Positions 19,313 to 26,622 of a DNA stretch of 64,000 bases are shown piece after piece. The number at the start of each line of letters is the position of its first letter. The stretch's first letter is position 1. Position numbers and translations under genes: made by a program. The stretch is taken from positions 8,994 to 72,993 of the IMG/VR virus record IMGVR_UViG_3300037458_001303; one strand, 5' to 3'. The notes below the pieces were generated by a model. The model had not been told where the DNA came from. It ran no database searches and worked only from the letters and a program-made list of their open reading frames with translations. This DNA is from a virus. Taxonomy: Duplodnaviria > Caudoviricetes.

Positions 19313-19528
19313 ATGGCTAGCCGCTGGGTCAAAAGAGTCGATGCGCGCCAAGCCCCAAGAGTGTCGAAATTCTTGGCAATCGCCTCGTCAGCGGCGCTCT
19401 TTCTGTTGTGGCTGTTGTGGTGCTCTGTTGTGATATTCCTGTGGGTGGCCCTACAGGGTGCCGCGGCCGTCGGGTGTTGTTACCGTGTCGCCCGACGGCT
19501 GCGGCCAACCAGTGTCTTAATGCCATGA
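19313..19528 (+). CDS. Small membrane protein
   Basis: Long hydrophobic stretch. Confidence 0.45.
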   Translation: MASRWVKRVDARQAPRVSKFLAIASSAALFLLWLLWCSVVIFLWVALQGAAAVGCCYRVARRLRPTSVLMP

Positions 19529-19902
19529 ACCGGCTGCGATGTTACTTCGATCAGGTCTTGTGCGCCTTGCTGGCGCCCGTGCTTCGCCTCGTTGAGCTGG
19601 AAGCTCGCGCTTCCAAACGCCGCGACGACGAGCTTTTCGACAAGCTCTCGAAACTCGAAACGACCATCCGCGAACGGTGCGACGCCTTGGATGCGGGCGT
19701 GCCGGCCGCGGTGCTCGGTCAGTATGGGACGGACGAGGCTGCCAGCATTGCCCGGGAGAAGGCCATGCTGAAGTTCCGGATGGAGCGCCAGACCACTGAA
19801 GCGCTGAAAAGAGAGCTTGCAAGAGTGCGGGAGATCCTATACGCTTTTTGTGATGAGAAGAACATGGGGCAACCTAAGGCCAACCGAAAGAGTTCACGGT
19901 AG
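19525..19902 (+). CDS. Coiled-coil hypothetical protein
   Basis: ATGA overlap with the previous gene. Confidence 0.5.
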   Translation: MNRLRCYFDQVLCALLAPVLRLVELEARASKRRDDELFDKLSKLETTIRERCDALDAGVPAAVLGQYGTDEAASIAREKAMLKFRMERQTTEALKRELARVREILYAFCDEKNMGQPKANRKSSR

Positions 19903-19943
19903 GCGGCCCGGATACGACCGGGCGGTAGAGAGGCGCTGGAAAT

Positions 19944-20126
19944 ATGAAGACGAAGAAAACGACGAAGCGGGCGGAGAAGTCAGCGTGGCTGCTGCTCGAC
20001 GGCGACCTCCCTGTTGCTGTCACGACGATGTTGGGAGTTGCGGCACTGTGGGCGAAGTCGAAGGACAGTCGGCTGTCTGTGAGGAAACCCCTGGCGCTAA
20101 CCTCTGAGGATCTTGGTGACCTGTGA
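19944..20126 (+). CDS. Small hypothetical protein coupled to TnpB
   Basis: GTGA overlap with the TnpB start. Confidence 0.5.
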   Translation: MKTKKTTKRAEKSAWLLLDGDLPVAVTTMLGVAALWAKSKDSRLSVRKPLALTSEDLGDL

Positions 20127-21604
20127 CAACGCGTGCTTTCAAATACCGGCTGCTGCTCGACGATCACCAGGAGCGCCGCTTGCTTGATGTGCAGGCGCGC
20201 CTCCGCATGCTGTGGAACCGCGCTGTGGGCCATCTCAACCACGCCCTGTGGATGATCCAGCACGGTCGTCGGTCGAGCCTCATCGCCGAATTCCGGCGGC
20301 TCCGCGGCGACGTGAAGCCGGTTGGCGCTCGTGCAGGGCAGATCAACAAGCTGGTCGCCGCCGGCCGAACCCGCGAAGAGGCTATCAAATTGCTCGATGA
20401 GAAAACAGTCAGCGAAGCTGTGTCCATTTACCGGGCGAAGAAGACCGGGCCGCGCATGATATGGGCCGCGGCACGTCGGCTCGCTGCGGCCTACGCCGAG
20501 TTGTGGCTTACCCAAGACGCGCCGAGACAATGGTTTGATGGACTGCACGCCGACGCGTATTCGGCAATGAGTCAGCGGTTCCACGATTGCCTGGAGGCGT
20601 GGAAAAAGAATTCGAAAACGCACGGGCCGCCGAAGCGCAAGAAAATGCGGAACGGCGTAGCTCTCGGGTTTAAGGCGCGGAAGTTCTCGCTCCAGCGGGA
20701 GGGAGACCGCGTGTTTGTGGACCTGAGTCGGATCGGTGGGAGCCACCTGAGTCGCTGCCGCCTCGTGCTGCATCGCGAGCTGCCTGAGCAAGCGGAAGTG
20801 CTAAACGTTCGCGTTGCCGGGTCACGCGGCATGTGGACCGTCTCGTTCGAGCTGCGCGCTCCCGATGAGGCGTTTGCCATAACCGGCGTGCAGACCGGCG
20901 GACAGGTCGGCATCGACCCCGGGCTCAAAGCTGCCCTGACGATCGTGCGCGGTGATGATACCCATGGCAAGCATCCCGAGACGGTGACCCCGGCCTCTGA
21001 GATGCCCAACGCCAACCGGGTGCTCGCACAGCAGAAGCGATTACAGCGCCATCTGTCGCGCCAACTGAAGCTCAACAACCCTGATTGCATTGGGAAAGAT
21101 GGTGCCTGGATCAAAGGCAAGCGTGCCTCGAACATCAGCCGAGGCATGATCAAGACTCAGGCTCGATTGGCTCGGTTGTCGATGCGCGTCACGGACTTTC
21201 GGACTCAGTTTTACCATCGGGTCGCGAATCGGATCCTGGCCCAGAATGATCTGGTTGCAGTGGGGTCGTTTCGCCCGACGGATATGGCCAAGAAGAATCG
21301 CACCGGCAAAGCGGCCAAGAAGGGTTTGGGAGCGGCACGTCGTGGGCGCAATCGAAAGTCGTATCAGCACGCTATCTCGACGTTTGTCGCGATGCTGAAG
21401 GACAAGGCCCGACGCTATAACGTTGAGCGGAAGGTGGTCGACGTTGCCGAGCAAAACACAACGCGGACGTGCCCAAATTGTCTTGAAAAAAGTGGCCCGA
21501 CATCGCTTGACATCCGCTCGTGGGTGTGCGATAAGTGTGGCGCAGGGCACAACCGGGACGGCGCAGCCGCCTGGAATATCCTGCAGAAAGCTTTGACGAC
21601 GTAA
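20123..21604 (+). CDS. tnpB: CRISPR-adjacent TnpB/Cas12-like RNA-guided nuclease (IS607/Fanzor-type rearranged RuvC)
   Basis: N-terminal RAFKYRL; RuvC-I VGIDPG (D265); NNPDC...KGK insertion; RuvC-II VAVGSF (G381); VAEQNTTRTC (E443); zinc finger CPNC...CDKC; RuvC-III HNRDGAAAWNI (D479). Confidence 0.92.
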   Translation: MTTRAFKYRLLLDDHQERRLLDVQARLRMLWNRAVGHLNHALWMIQHGRRSSLIAEFRRLRGDVKPVGARAGQINKLVAAGRTREEAIKLLDEKTVSEAVSIYRAKKTGPRMIWAAARRLAAAYAELWLTQDAPRQWFDGLHADAYSAMSQRFHDCLEAWKKNSKTHGPPKRKKMRNGVALGFKARKFSLQREGDRVFVDLSRIGGSHLSRCRLVLHRELPEQAEVLNVRVAGSRGMWTVSFELRAPDEAFAITGVQTGGQVGIDPGLKAALTIVRGDDTHGKHPETVTPASEMPNANRVLAQQKRLQRHLSRQLKLNNPDCIGKDGAWIKGKRASNISRGMIKTQARLARLSMRVTDFRTQFYHRVANRILAQNDLVAVGSFRPTDMAKKNRTGKAAKKGLGAARRGRNRKSYQHAISTFVAMLKDKARRYNVERKVVDVAEQNTTRTCPNCLEKSGPTSLDIRSWVCDKCGAGHNRDGAAAWNILQKALTT

Positions 21605-21876
21605 GTCGTCGGTGGGAGCGGAAACGCATGCCGTTCCTGGGCGAAAGCCCGAATTGCGGTGGCGCTAAGCTGGCATTAGTCGGCTTGTCATCGAAGGATC
21701 CCGAGGGACCCTTGCTGTAGTGAGAGCGTAGCGGCAGTTTGCTGTCGTGAACATAATCCGGCGCAGCCGTGTGCTGCACCTTAGCGTTGGCCAAGTGGCT
21801 GGCGTAGGACAGAGATCGCTCTGGCTTCAGCGAGCCGCCCTGTAAGCGGATCCATCGCGCGTGCGCGAAGTGCGGG
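21595..21876 (+). ncRNA. Putative omegaRNA / tracrRNA-like scaffold
   Basis: Non-coding, many hairpins: GACGAC-GTAA-GTCGTC, GGGC-GAAA-GCCC, CAGAG-ATCG-CTCTG; long-range GGCGCTAAG (21661-69) pairs with CTTAGCGTT (21780-88); ends in the 3' part of the repeat. Confidence 0.7.
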
Positions 21877-22173
21877 GACAAGAAAGAGGCTCGGTGCATT
21901 GCCAACGTCGCATCTCGCGCGCGTGCGCGAAGTGCGGCGCGAGCAACTTGTGCAGTTCCTCGGGGTCGCATCTCGCGCGCGTGCGCGAAGTGCGGCGGGC
22001 GTCGGATGAAGGTCGCATCTCGCGCGCGTGCGCGAAGTGCGGCACGAAGGGAGTGAAGCATGAGTAGTGAAAACGAAGTCGCATCTCGCGCGCGTGCGCG
22101 AAGTGCGGCTCGAGACGATCGCGCACTACACCGCGGCGCAAGTCGCATCTCGCGCGCGTGCGCGAAGTGCGGC
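21845..22173 (+). CRISPR. Mini CRISPR array: five perfect 32-nt repeats plus one 5'-degenerate repeat, five spacers
   Basis: GTCGCATCTCGCGCGCGTGCGCGAAGTGCGGC at 21907, 21965, 22012, 22078, 22142; degenerate copy 21845-21876; unique spacers of 30, 26, 15, 34 and 32 nt; orientation inferred. Confidence 0.88.
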
Positions 22174-22186
22174 GCGGAGCTAGGAT

Positions 22187-22534
22187 ATGGAATTTATGAA
22201 AAAAACGAAAATCAGAGAGATGGGACGGGATTTCACGGTGGGTAAACCTCCGATGTTTTCGCCGTTGGAACGTATGTATCGCAAGGTGCGCGCTGCCACG
22301 ATCTGGCAGCTGAAGCGCTGGGCAAAGTCCTGGCCGGCCAAGGCGCGTCGCCTGGGTGAGATGCACGCCGCCTGGGTATCCATCCACGGGGACGACCGCT
22401 CGCCGTTCATTCGCCACCTGTTCGATCTCGCCGGCGCGATCGAGTCGATCCGCGACGAGGTGGCCCATCGCCAGACAGGCACGCCGAGAGCGTTTAACCC
22501 GGGAACCTATGAGCTCGGCCGCATTACCCAATAA
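22187..22534 (+). CDS. Hypothetical protein
   Basis: 115-aa ORF starting 13 nt after the last repeat. Confidence 0.6.
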   Translation: MEFMKKTKIREMGRDFTVGKPPMFSPLERMYRKVRAATIWQLKRWAKSWPAKARRLGEMHAAWVSIHGDDRSPFIRHLFDLAGAIESIRDEVAHRQTGTPRAFNPGTYELGRITQ

Positions 22535-22541
22535 CGGCGAA

Positions 22542-22700
22542 GTGCGCCGGTGGCTGGCCCTCTACCATAACCCCTACAACGAGGTGTATGTGGGCCGGTC
22601 TCGGCGCCTGAACTACTATCCGATTTATCTTGAGTTCGACCCGAAACGCGGATACAAACCACATCATGAAAAGCAAGCTGAAGCACGCACTGATCAGTAA
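22542..22700 (+). CDS. Small hypothetical protein
   Basis: GTG start; fills the gap before the dNMP kinase. Confidence 0.3.
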   Translation: MRRWLALYHNPYNEVYVGRSRRLNYYPIYLEFDPKRGYKPHHEKQAEARTDQ

Positions 22701-23466
22701 AGGTGTCATCGGTTTCACGGGATCGGCCTGTGCTGGCAAGGACTACCTCGCCGGCCTGTTGGGCGCCCGGACCGAGGGAATGGCCGAGCCACTTTACTGG
22801 ATGACGGACTGCCTATTCGGCCTCACGTCGGAGGATCGTGGCGTCGTTGGGCTGCGCGAGACGTGGCAGACCCTGGGGCAGTGGGGTAAGGGCACGGTCA
22901 ACGACCGCTATCCCATCACGCCGGCCCGCGGTGTCTTCTGCGAGTTTGTCCGTAGCTACTTCGAGTCGCGGGACGAGGACTACGAAGCGAAGCACGACCG
23001 CCCGCTCTGCGTTGACTGGCCCTCCTACGGGTTCCAGGAGGGAATCTGGATCGACTCCATGGTGGACCGCATCGACCACCGCCTATTGACCAAGAAGGAC
23101 CGGCTGATCGCCGTCACTGGACTGCGGTTCCCGATCGAGATCGAGGCGTTCGCCGAGAAGGGGTGGCCGGTGCTGCACGTCATGGCCAGTCCGATCACGC
23201 TTGGCCGGCGCCAAGCGACACAAAACATCACCGACGAGGCCCGGCGTGACGTGTCCGAGGGGCTGGCCCACCGTCTGAACAGTATCCTGTGGGACGCGGC
23301 TAGCCCGACTACCCCGGTGCCGGACATCCCGGATCTGCTTGAGATGAATGACATCCGGGGAGTCTGGGGGGCAGTCTGGAACGATCCTGAAGCCCCCTGC
23401 AGGAATGAAGAGTTCTTGACACCGGCGGAGCTTTTGGGTATGTTGCCGCCGATGATAAAAGACTGA
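22666..23466 (+). CDS. Deoxynucleoside monophosphate kinase-like protein
   Basis: VIGFTGSACAGKD P-loop, RETWQTLG, GIWID, VTGLRFPIE. Confidence 0.8.
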   Translation: MKSKLKHALISKGVIGFTGSACAGKDYLAGLLGARTEGMAEPLYWMTDCLFGLTSEDRGVVGLRETWQTLGQWGKGTVNDRYPITPARGVFCEFVRSYFESRDEDYEAKHDRPLCVDWPSYGFQEGIWIDSMVDRIDHRLLTKKDRLIAVTGLRFPIEIEAFAEKGWPVLHVMASPITLGRRQATQNITDEARRDVSEGLAHRLNSILWDAASPTTPVPDIPDLLEMNDIRGVWGAVWNDPEAPCRNEEFLTPAELLGMLPPMIKD

Positions 23467-23467
23467 T

Positions 23468-24109
23468 ATGTGTTTTCCAAGAGGACATTTCATGACGGCA
23501 TCGGGGCGGGCGGTGAACCCGTTCACGATGGAACCCAAGGACGTGCTACTGAGCGACATTGGCCGTGCCTTGAGCAACACGTGCCGGTGGGGCGGGCACC
23601 TGCCCCCTGGCGTTTGGATCTCGGTCGCCCAGCATTCGGTGTGGGTCAAAGAGTTGCTCGAATACATCGGGGTCGAAGACGAGAGCATCATCAGCCAGGG
23701 GCTGCTGCATGACGCGTCTGAGGCGTATGTTGGTGACATGGTCAGCCCGTTCAAAGAGCAGGTCGCGATTTACAACGAAGTCGAGCACAAGGTGCAGTCG
23801 ACCATCGCCAAGGCTTTCGGGATTCCCCACCCGTGGGACCCGATCGTCCATTGGGCGGATAAGGCCGTGATGGTGGTGCTGGAGTCGGAGCGCGCCGGCA
23901 AGAACCCGGCTGAGGAGGTCTTCAGCGGCTACCTTGAAAATGCGTTGACCGCCGAGGTTTGGCGAAAACGCTTTTACCCTGGCGGCATTATCGACTACCT
24001 GCAGGAGTTGAACACGCTGTGGACGCCCGGCGAGGCCTACGCCAATTTCATGCGGGCAGCCCGGACCCAGAAATTGATCGAGAAAGCTGACCGAAGCGGC
24101 GGTCAATGA
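23468..24109 (+). CDS. HD-domain 5'-deoxynucleotidase (YfbR-like)
   Basis: SVAQHSV, LLHDASEAYVGDMVSPFK, WAD. Confidence 0.85.
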   Translation: MCFPRGHFMTASGRAVNPFTMEPKDVLLSDIGRALSNTCRWGGHLPPGVWISVAQHSVWVKELLEYIGVEDESIISQGLLHDASEAYVGDMVSPFKEQVAIYNEVEHKVQSTIAKAFGIPHPWDPIVHWADKAVMVVLESERAGKNPAEEVFSGYLENALTAEVWRKRFYPGGIIDYLQELNTLWTPGEAYANFMRAARTQKLIEKADRSGGQ

Positions 24110-24164
24110 CCCACGAAAGCACAACTGGCGTGGCCCGCCGCTTTCGGTCCAGCGCCCTTGTTAG

Positions 24165-24602
24165 ATGACGACCTATGTATCCTCAACCAAACGAAATCGT
24201 AACAGTGGAAGATGGCAACGGAATCCTGCACGAAATGGTAATCAAGTCGGTGGACACCACCAAAGATACCGTAACCGGAGAAGTCTCCGCGTGGCCCGGT
24301 GGAAAGGAACGCGGGAAAACAGTGGAGACTGTCACTGTCCCACTCATGTCAATCGTGTCATGAACTTCTCAAAGAACCAAATCGTTCGGATACGGTGGGC
24401 ATTCAAACGCCGGGACGCTGCCGAAAAGATCATCAATGAAGCCCGCGCCAAAGTGCCAGGAAAGAACAAAACGCACGCCTTACGGAAACTGCTCGGGCTG
24501 TGTCCTGAATGTGGCGCTGAAACGCCGTCCGGTAGGCACTACTGCGATGAGTGCCGAATGACCATGAACGCGAGACACCGCAAGTCATCTAACGTATCAT
24601 GA
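24165..24602 (+). CDS. Basic hypothetical protein with C-terminal zinc ribbon
   Basis: CPECG...YCDEC; true start uncertain. Confidence 0.5.
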   Translation: MTTYVSSTKRNRNSGRWQRNPARNGNQVGGHHQRYRNRRSLRVARWKGTRENSGDCHCPTHVNRVMNFSKNQIVRIRWAFKRRDAAEKIINEARAKVPGKNKTHALRKLLGLCPECGAETPSGRHYCDECRMTMNARHRKSSNVS

Positions 24603-25387
24603 AACAGCACATCTTTTTTACACTCGACCCCGAGAACGAGATCGAGTTAACCGGCCTGCTGGAAAACCTGCGAAGGATCCCGGTGATATACCCGAGCTGG
24701 GAGCCGATCGTGGTCGTTCCTGAGGGTGCCGATACGTTGAAGCTCGGTCTGATCACCGGCCTGGGCGCCTCCATCGAACTTGAGCAGACGTCGCAGCTAT
24801 TCGTTCACCGGTCGGTCATGTCGCTGCTGCACGCCATTTCGAGGCGTGGCGGGAACTTTCGTTTCCTGATTCGGTCTCCGTTCTGCCGCATCGGGCGTCG
24901 AGAAGCGGCGGCCGTCGACGCGTGGGTTAAATCGTCTGTTCAGACGCACGTTATACGTGACCACGCTACCGAGCACGATACGCGCATCGTCCCTCACCTA
25001 TGGGGAAGCTTTCAAGCCCGAGTGCAACAGCTTGGCAAAAAGGTCACGCTGTGGTTCGATGACCTCTACAAAGGGAGGTCGCGCGACATGATCGACTTGA
25101 CCAAGGTCGAATCCAGGATGCTGGGCGACGTTGTGTGGCCGCGGCTCGTAAACTGGGGGATCCTCCGCCACGACCCGTTTCCTCGCACGTTCGATCATCC
25201 AGGAGTGCCGTGGCCGGCTTACGAGCCGGACGACCAGGAAGCCTGTGGGATCGTCTATATCGACGACCCTGAGAAAGGAACCAATGCCACTGAAGAAAGG
25301 AACCTCGAAGAAAACCCTGCAGACAAACATCCGGGAAATGATCCGCGCGGGGAAACCCAGGGATGTTGCGGTAGCTGCGGCATTTAG
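24599..25387 (+). CDS. Glycosyltransferase-like protein, paralogue of 25909-26622
   Basis: FLIRS...RREAAAVDAWVKS...HVIRDH..EH....LWG...VWP...GILRHD matches the downstream paralogue; DxD is degenerate. Confidence 0.6.
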   Translation: MKQHIFFTLDPENEIELTGLLENLRRIPVIYPSWEPIVVVPEGADTLKLGLITGLGASIELEQTSQLFVHRSVMSLLHAISRRGGNFRFLIRSPFCRIGRREAAAVDAWVKSSVQTHVIRDHATEHDTRIVPHLWGSFQARVQQLGKKVTLWFDDLYKGRSRDMIDLTKVESRMLGDVVWPRLVNWGILRHDPFPRTFDHPGVPWPAYEPDDQEACGIVYIDDPEKGTNATEERNLEENPADKHPGNDPRGETQGCCGSCGI

Positions 25388-25456
25388 CCAGCAGCGTCGC
25401 AGTCGCAGGTCTAAGTAAGTAAAGCCATGAAGAAAAAGAAAGGCTGCAAGAAGTGA

Positions 25457-25485
25457 TTGACAGGGCCCGCTGAGTCGGGCATCCT
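25457..25485 (+). promoter_or_regulatory. Promoter TTGACA-N17-CATCCT
   Basis: Precedes the structured non-coding region. Confidence 0.55.
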
Positions 25486-25489
25486 GTCT

Positions 25490-25907
25490 CGGTTATCCGG
25501 GCCCGATGCGACCGCGTCGGGATTAAATGAGGTGTGATGCCTCGCCGGAACTAACGGGCCGCCGGGTTAGTTGCGGCCCTCCTTGGGACGAGCTCCGTTA
25601 AGCGTCCGGCGCGCGATGGGCTGAGCCGGTTGATATCCCGATCTCACGCGGGGAGCCGAAAGGACTGTAAGCCCCGAACGGGGCTCGTCCCAGGGACTGA
25701 GCCGGACAACACAAGACACCGGCCGGCGACTGGTAGCGACTGCCGTGAGGTGGTGCTAAAACTGAGCAATTACATTCGCGAACGCTGCTGAATCTATGCG
25801 ATAGACCAGACAACGGGTTCGAACAAAAAATGCTGTGGAGCCGTCCAGCATCTGCCAACCTTGCTGGACGGTTCTTCGAGCGGCCCTGAGGGGCCTTTCG
25901 GAGAACC
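25490..25907 (+). ncRNA. Unidentified large structured RNA candidate
   Basis: 17-bp stem 25581-97/25679-95; 7-bp pseudoknot 25604-10/25701-07; several hairpins; 13-bp stem 25838-50/25862-74; own promoter. Confidence 0.6.
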
Positions 25908-25908
25908 G

Positions 25909-26622
25909 ATGAAAATCTTGATTGGCTACTCCGTATACGGAAAGCATCCGAAGTATGTCTACGGTGCCATCGCGAACGCGCGGGCCCGCCATCTATACTA
26001 CCAGCTGTCTTTCGGCGTGCAGCAGGTATTCTGGCTGGCCAACGACGTGCCGGCGTGGCTGGGCCCGTTGCTATCCGACGAGCGCGCCCTGGTCAAGTGC
26101 GCTTCTCTCCCCAGCCTTCCGCACCCCCGGTTTGCTCGTCTTCTGACCGCCGACATGGATTGCGACGTGTTCTTCATTCGCGACGTCGACTCTCGACCCT
26201 CGGACCGCGAACTGAAGGCCATGTCGGCTTTCCTGAAGTCGTCACACACTTTCCATTGCATGCGCGACCATCCGCACCACCACGACCCAGTCCTGACGGG
26301 GATGTGGGGCGGCATGCATGTGGCATTCAAGCACGACAAGATGTGGGATCGGATCCTGCGGTGGGGCGCCAAGAATAAGTTCGAGGCTTACGACATTTAC
26401 GGCAAAGATCAGAAGTTCCTGGCAGCCGAGGTCTGGCCTCAGATGCTACAGCTTGGCGTGCTTCAGCACGACACGTTCAGCCAGTTCGAGGGATCCATTC
26501 CTTTTCCGGACGGCGACGGTGGTCCTGATTTTGTCGGTGAGATTGTCGACGAATTTGGTCGACCCCGGCAGGACGACAGGAATATAAGAGAGCAGGCACT
26601 GAAAGAAAGGGTTTCAGCGTGA
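25909..26622 (+). CDS. Glycosyltransferase-like protein
   Basis: FFIRDVDSR...RE...FHCMRDHPHH..VLTGMWGG...DQKFLAAEVWP...FVGE; GGAGAA RBS. Confidence 0.75.
   Translation: MKILIGYSVYGKHPKYVYGAIANARARHLYYQLSFGVQQVFWLANDVPAWLGPLLSDERALVKCASLPSLPHPRFARLLTADMDCDVFFIRDVDSRPSDRELKAMSAFLKSSHTFHCMRDHPHHHDPVLTGMWGGMHVAFKHDKMWDRILRWGAKNKFEAYDIYGKDQKFLAAEVWPQMLQLGVLQHDTFSQFEGSIPFPDGDGGPDFVGEIVDEFGRPRQDDRNIREQALKERVSA

Noticed and set aside
20123-21604. Intact IS607/IS200-605 transposon
   Set aside because: No TnpA (serine recombinase or Y1) nearby and no left end recognised; the downstream region carries a CRISPR array instead
21372-22531. ORFs across the array (21372-22148 -, 21827-22531 -, 21861-22067 +, 22060-22245 +)
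   Set aside because: Translations are periodic products of the stop-free GC-rich repeat; the 22060 start is the ATG inside spacer 4
23468-24109. DatZ of a Z-genome (2-aminoadenine) pathway
   Set aside because: No purZ or mazZ homologue recognised in the window
25532-25910. Canonical group II intron
   Set aside because: Domain V-like stem lacks the catalytic bulge, domain VI has no clear branch A, and there is no RT ORF; kept only as an unknown structured RNA
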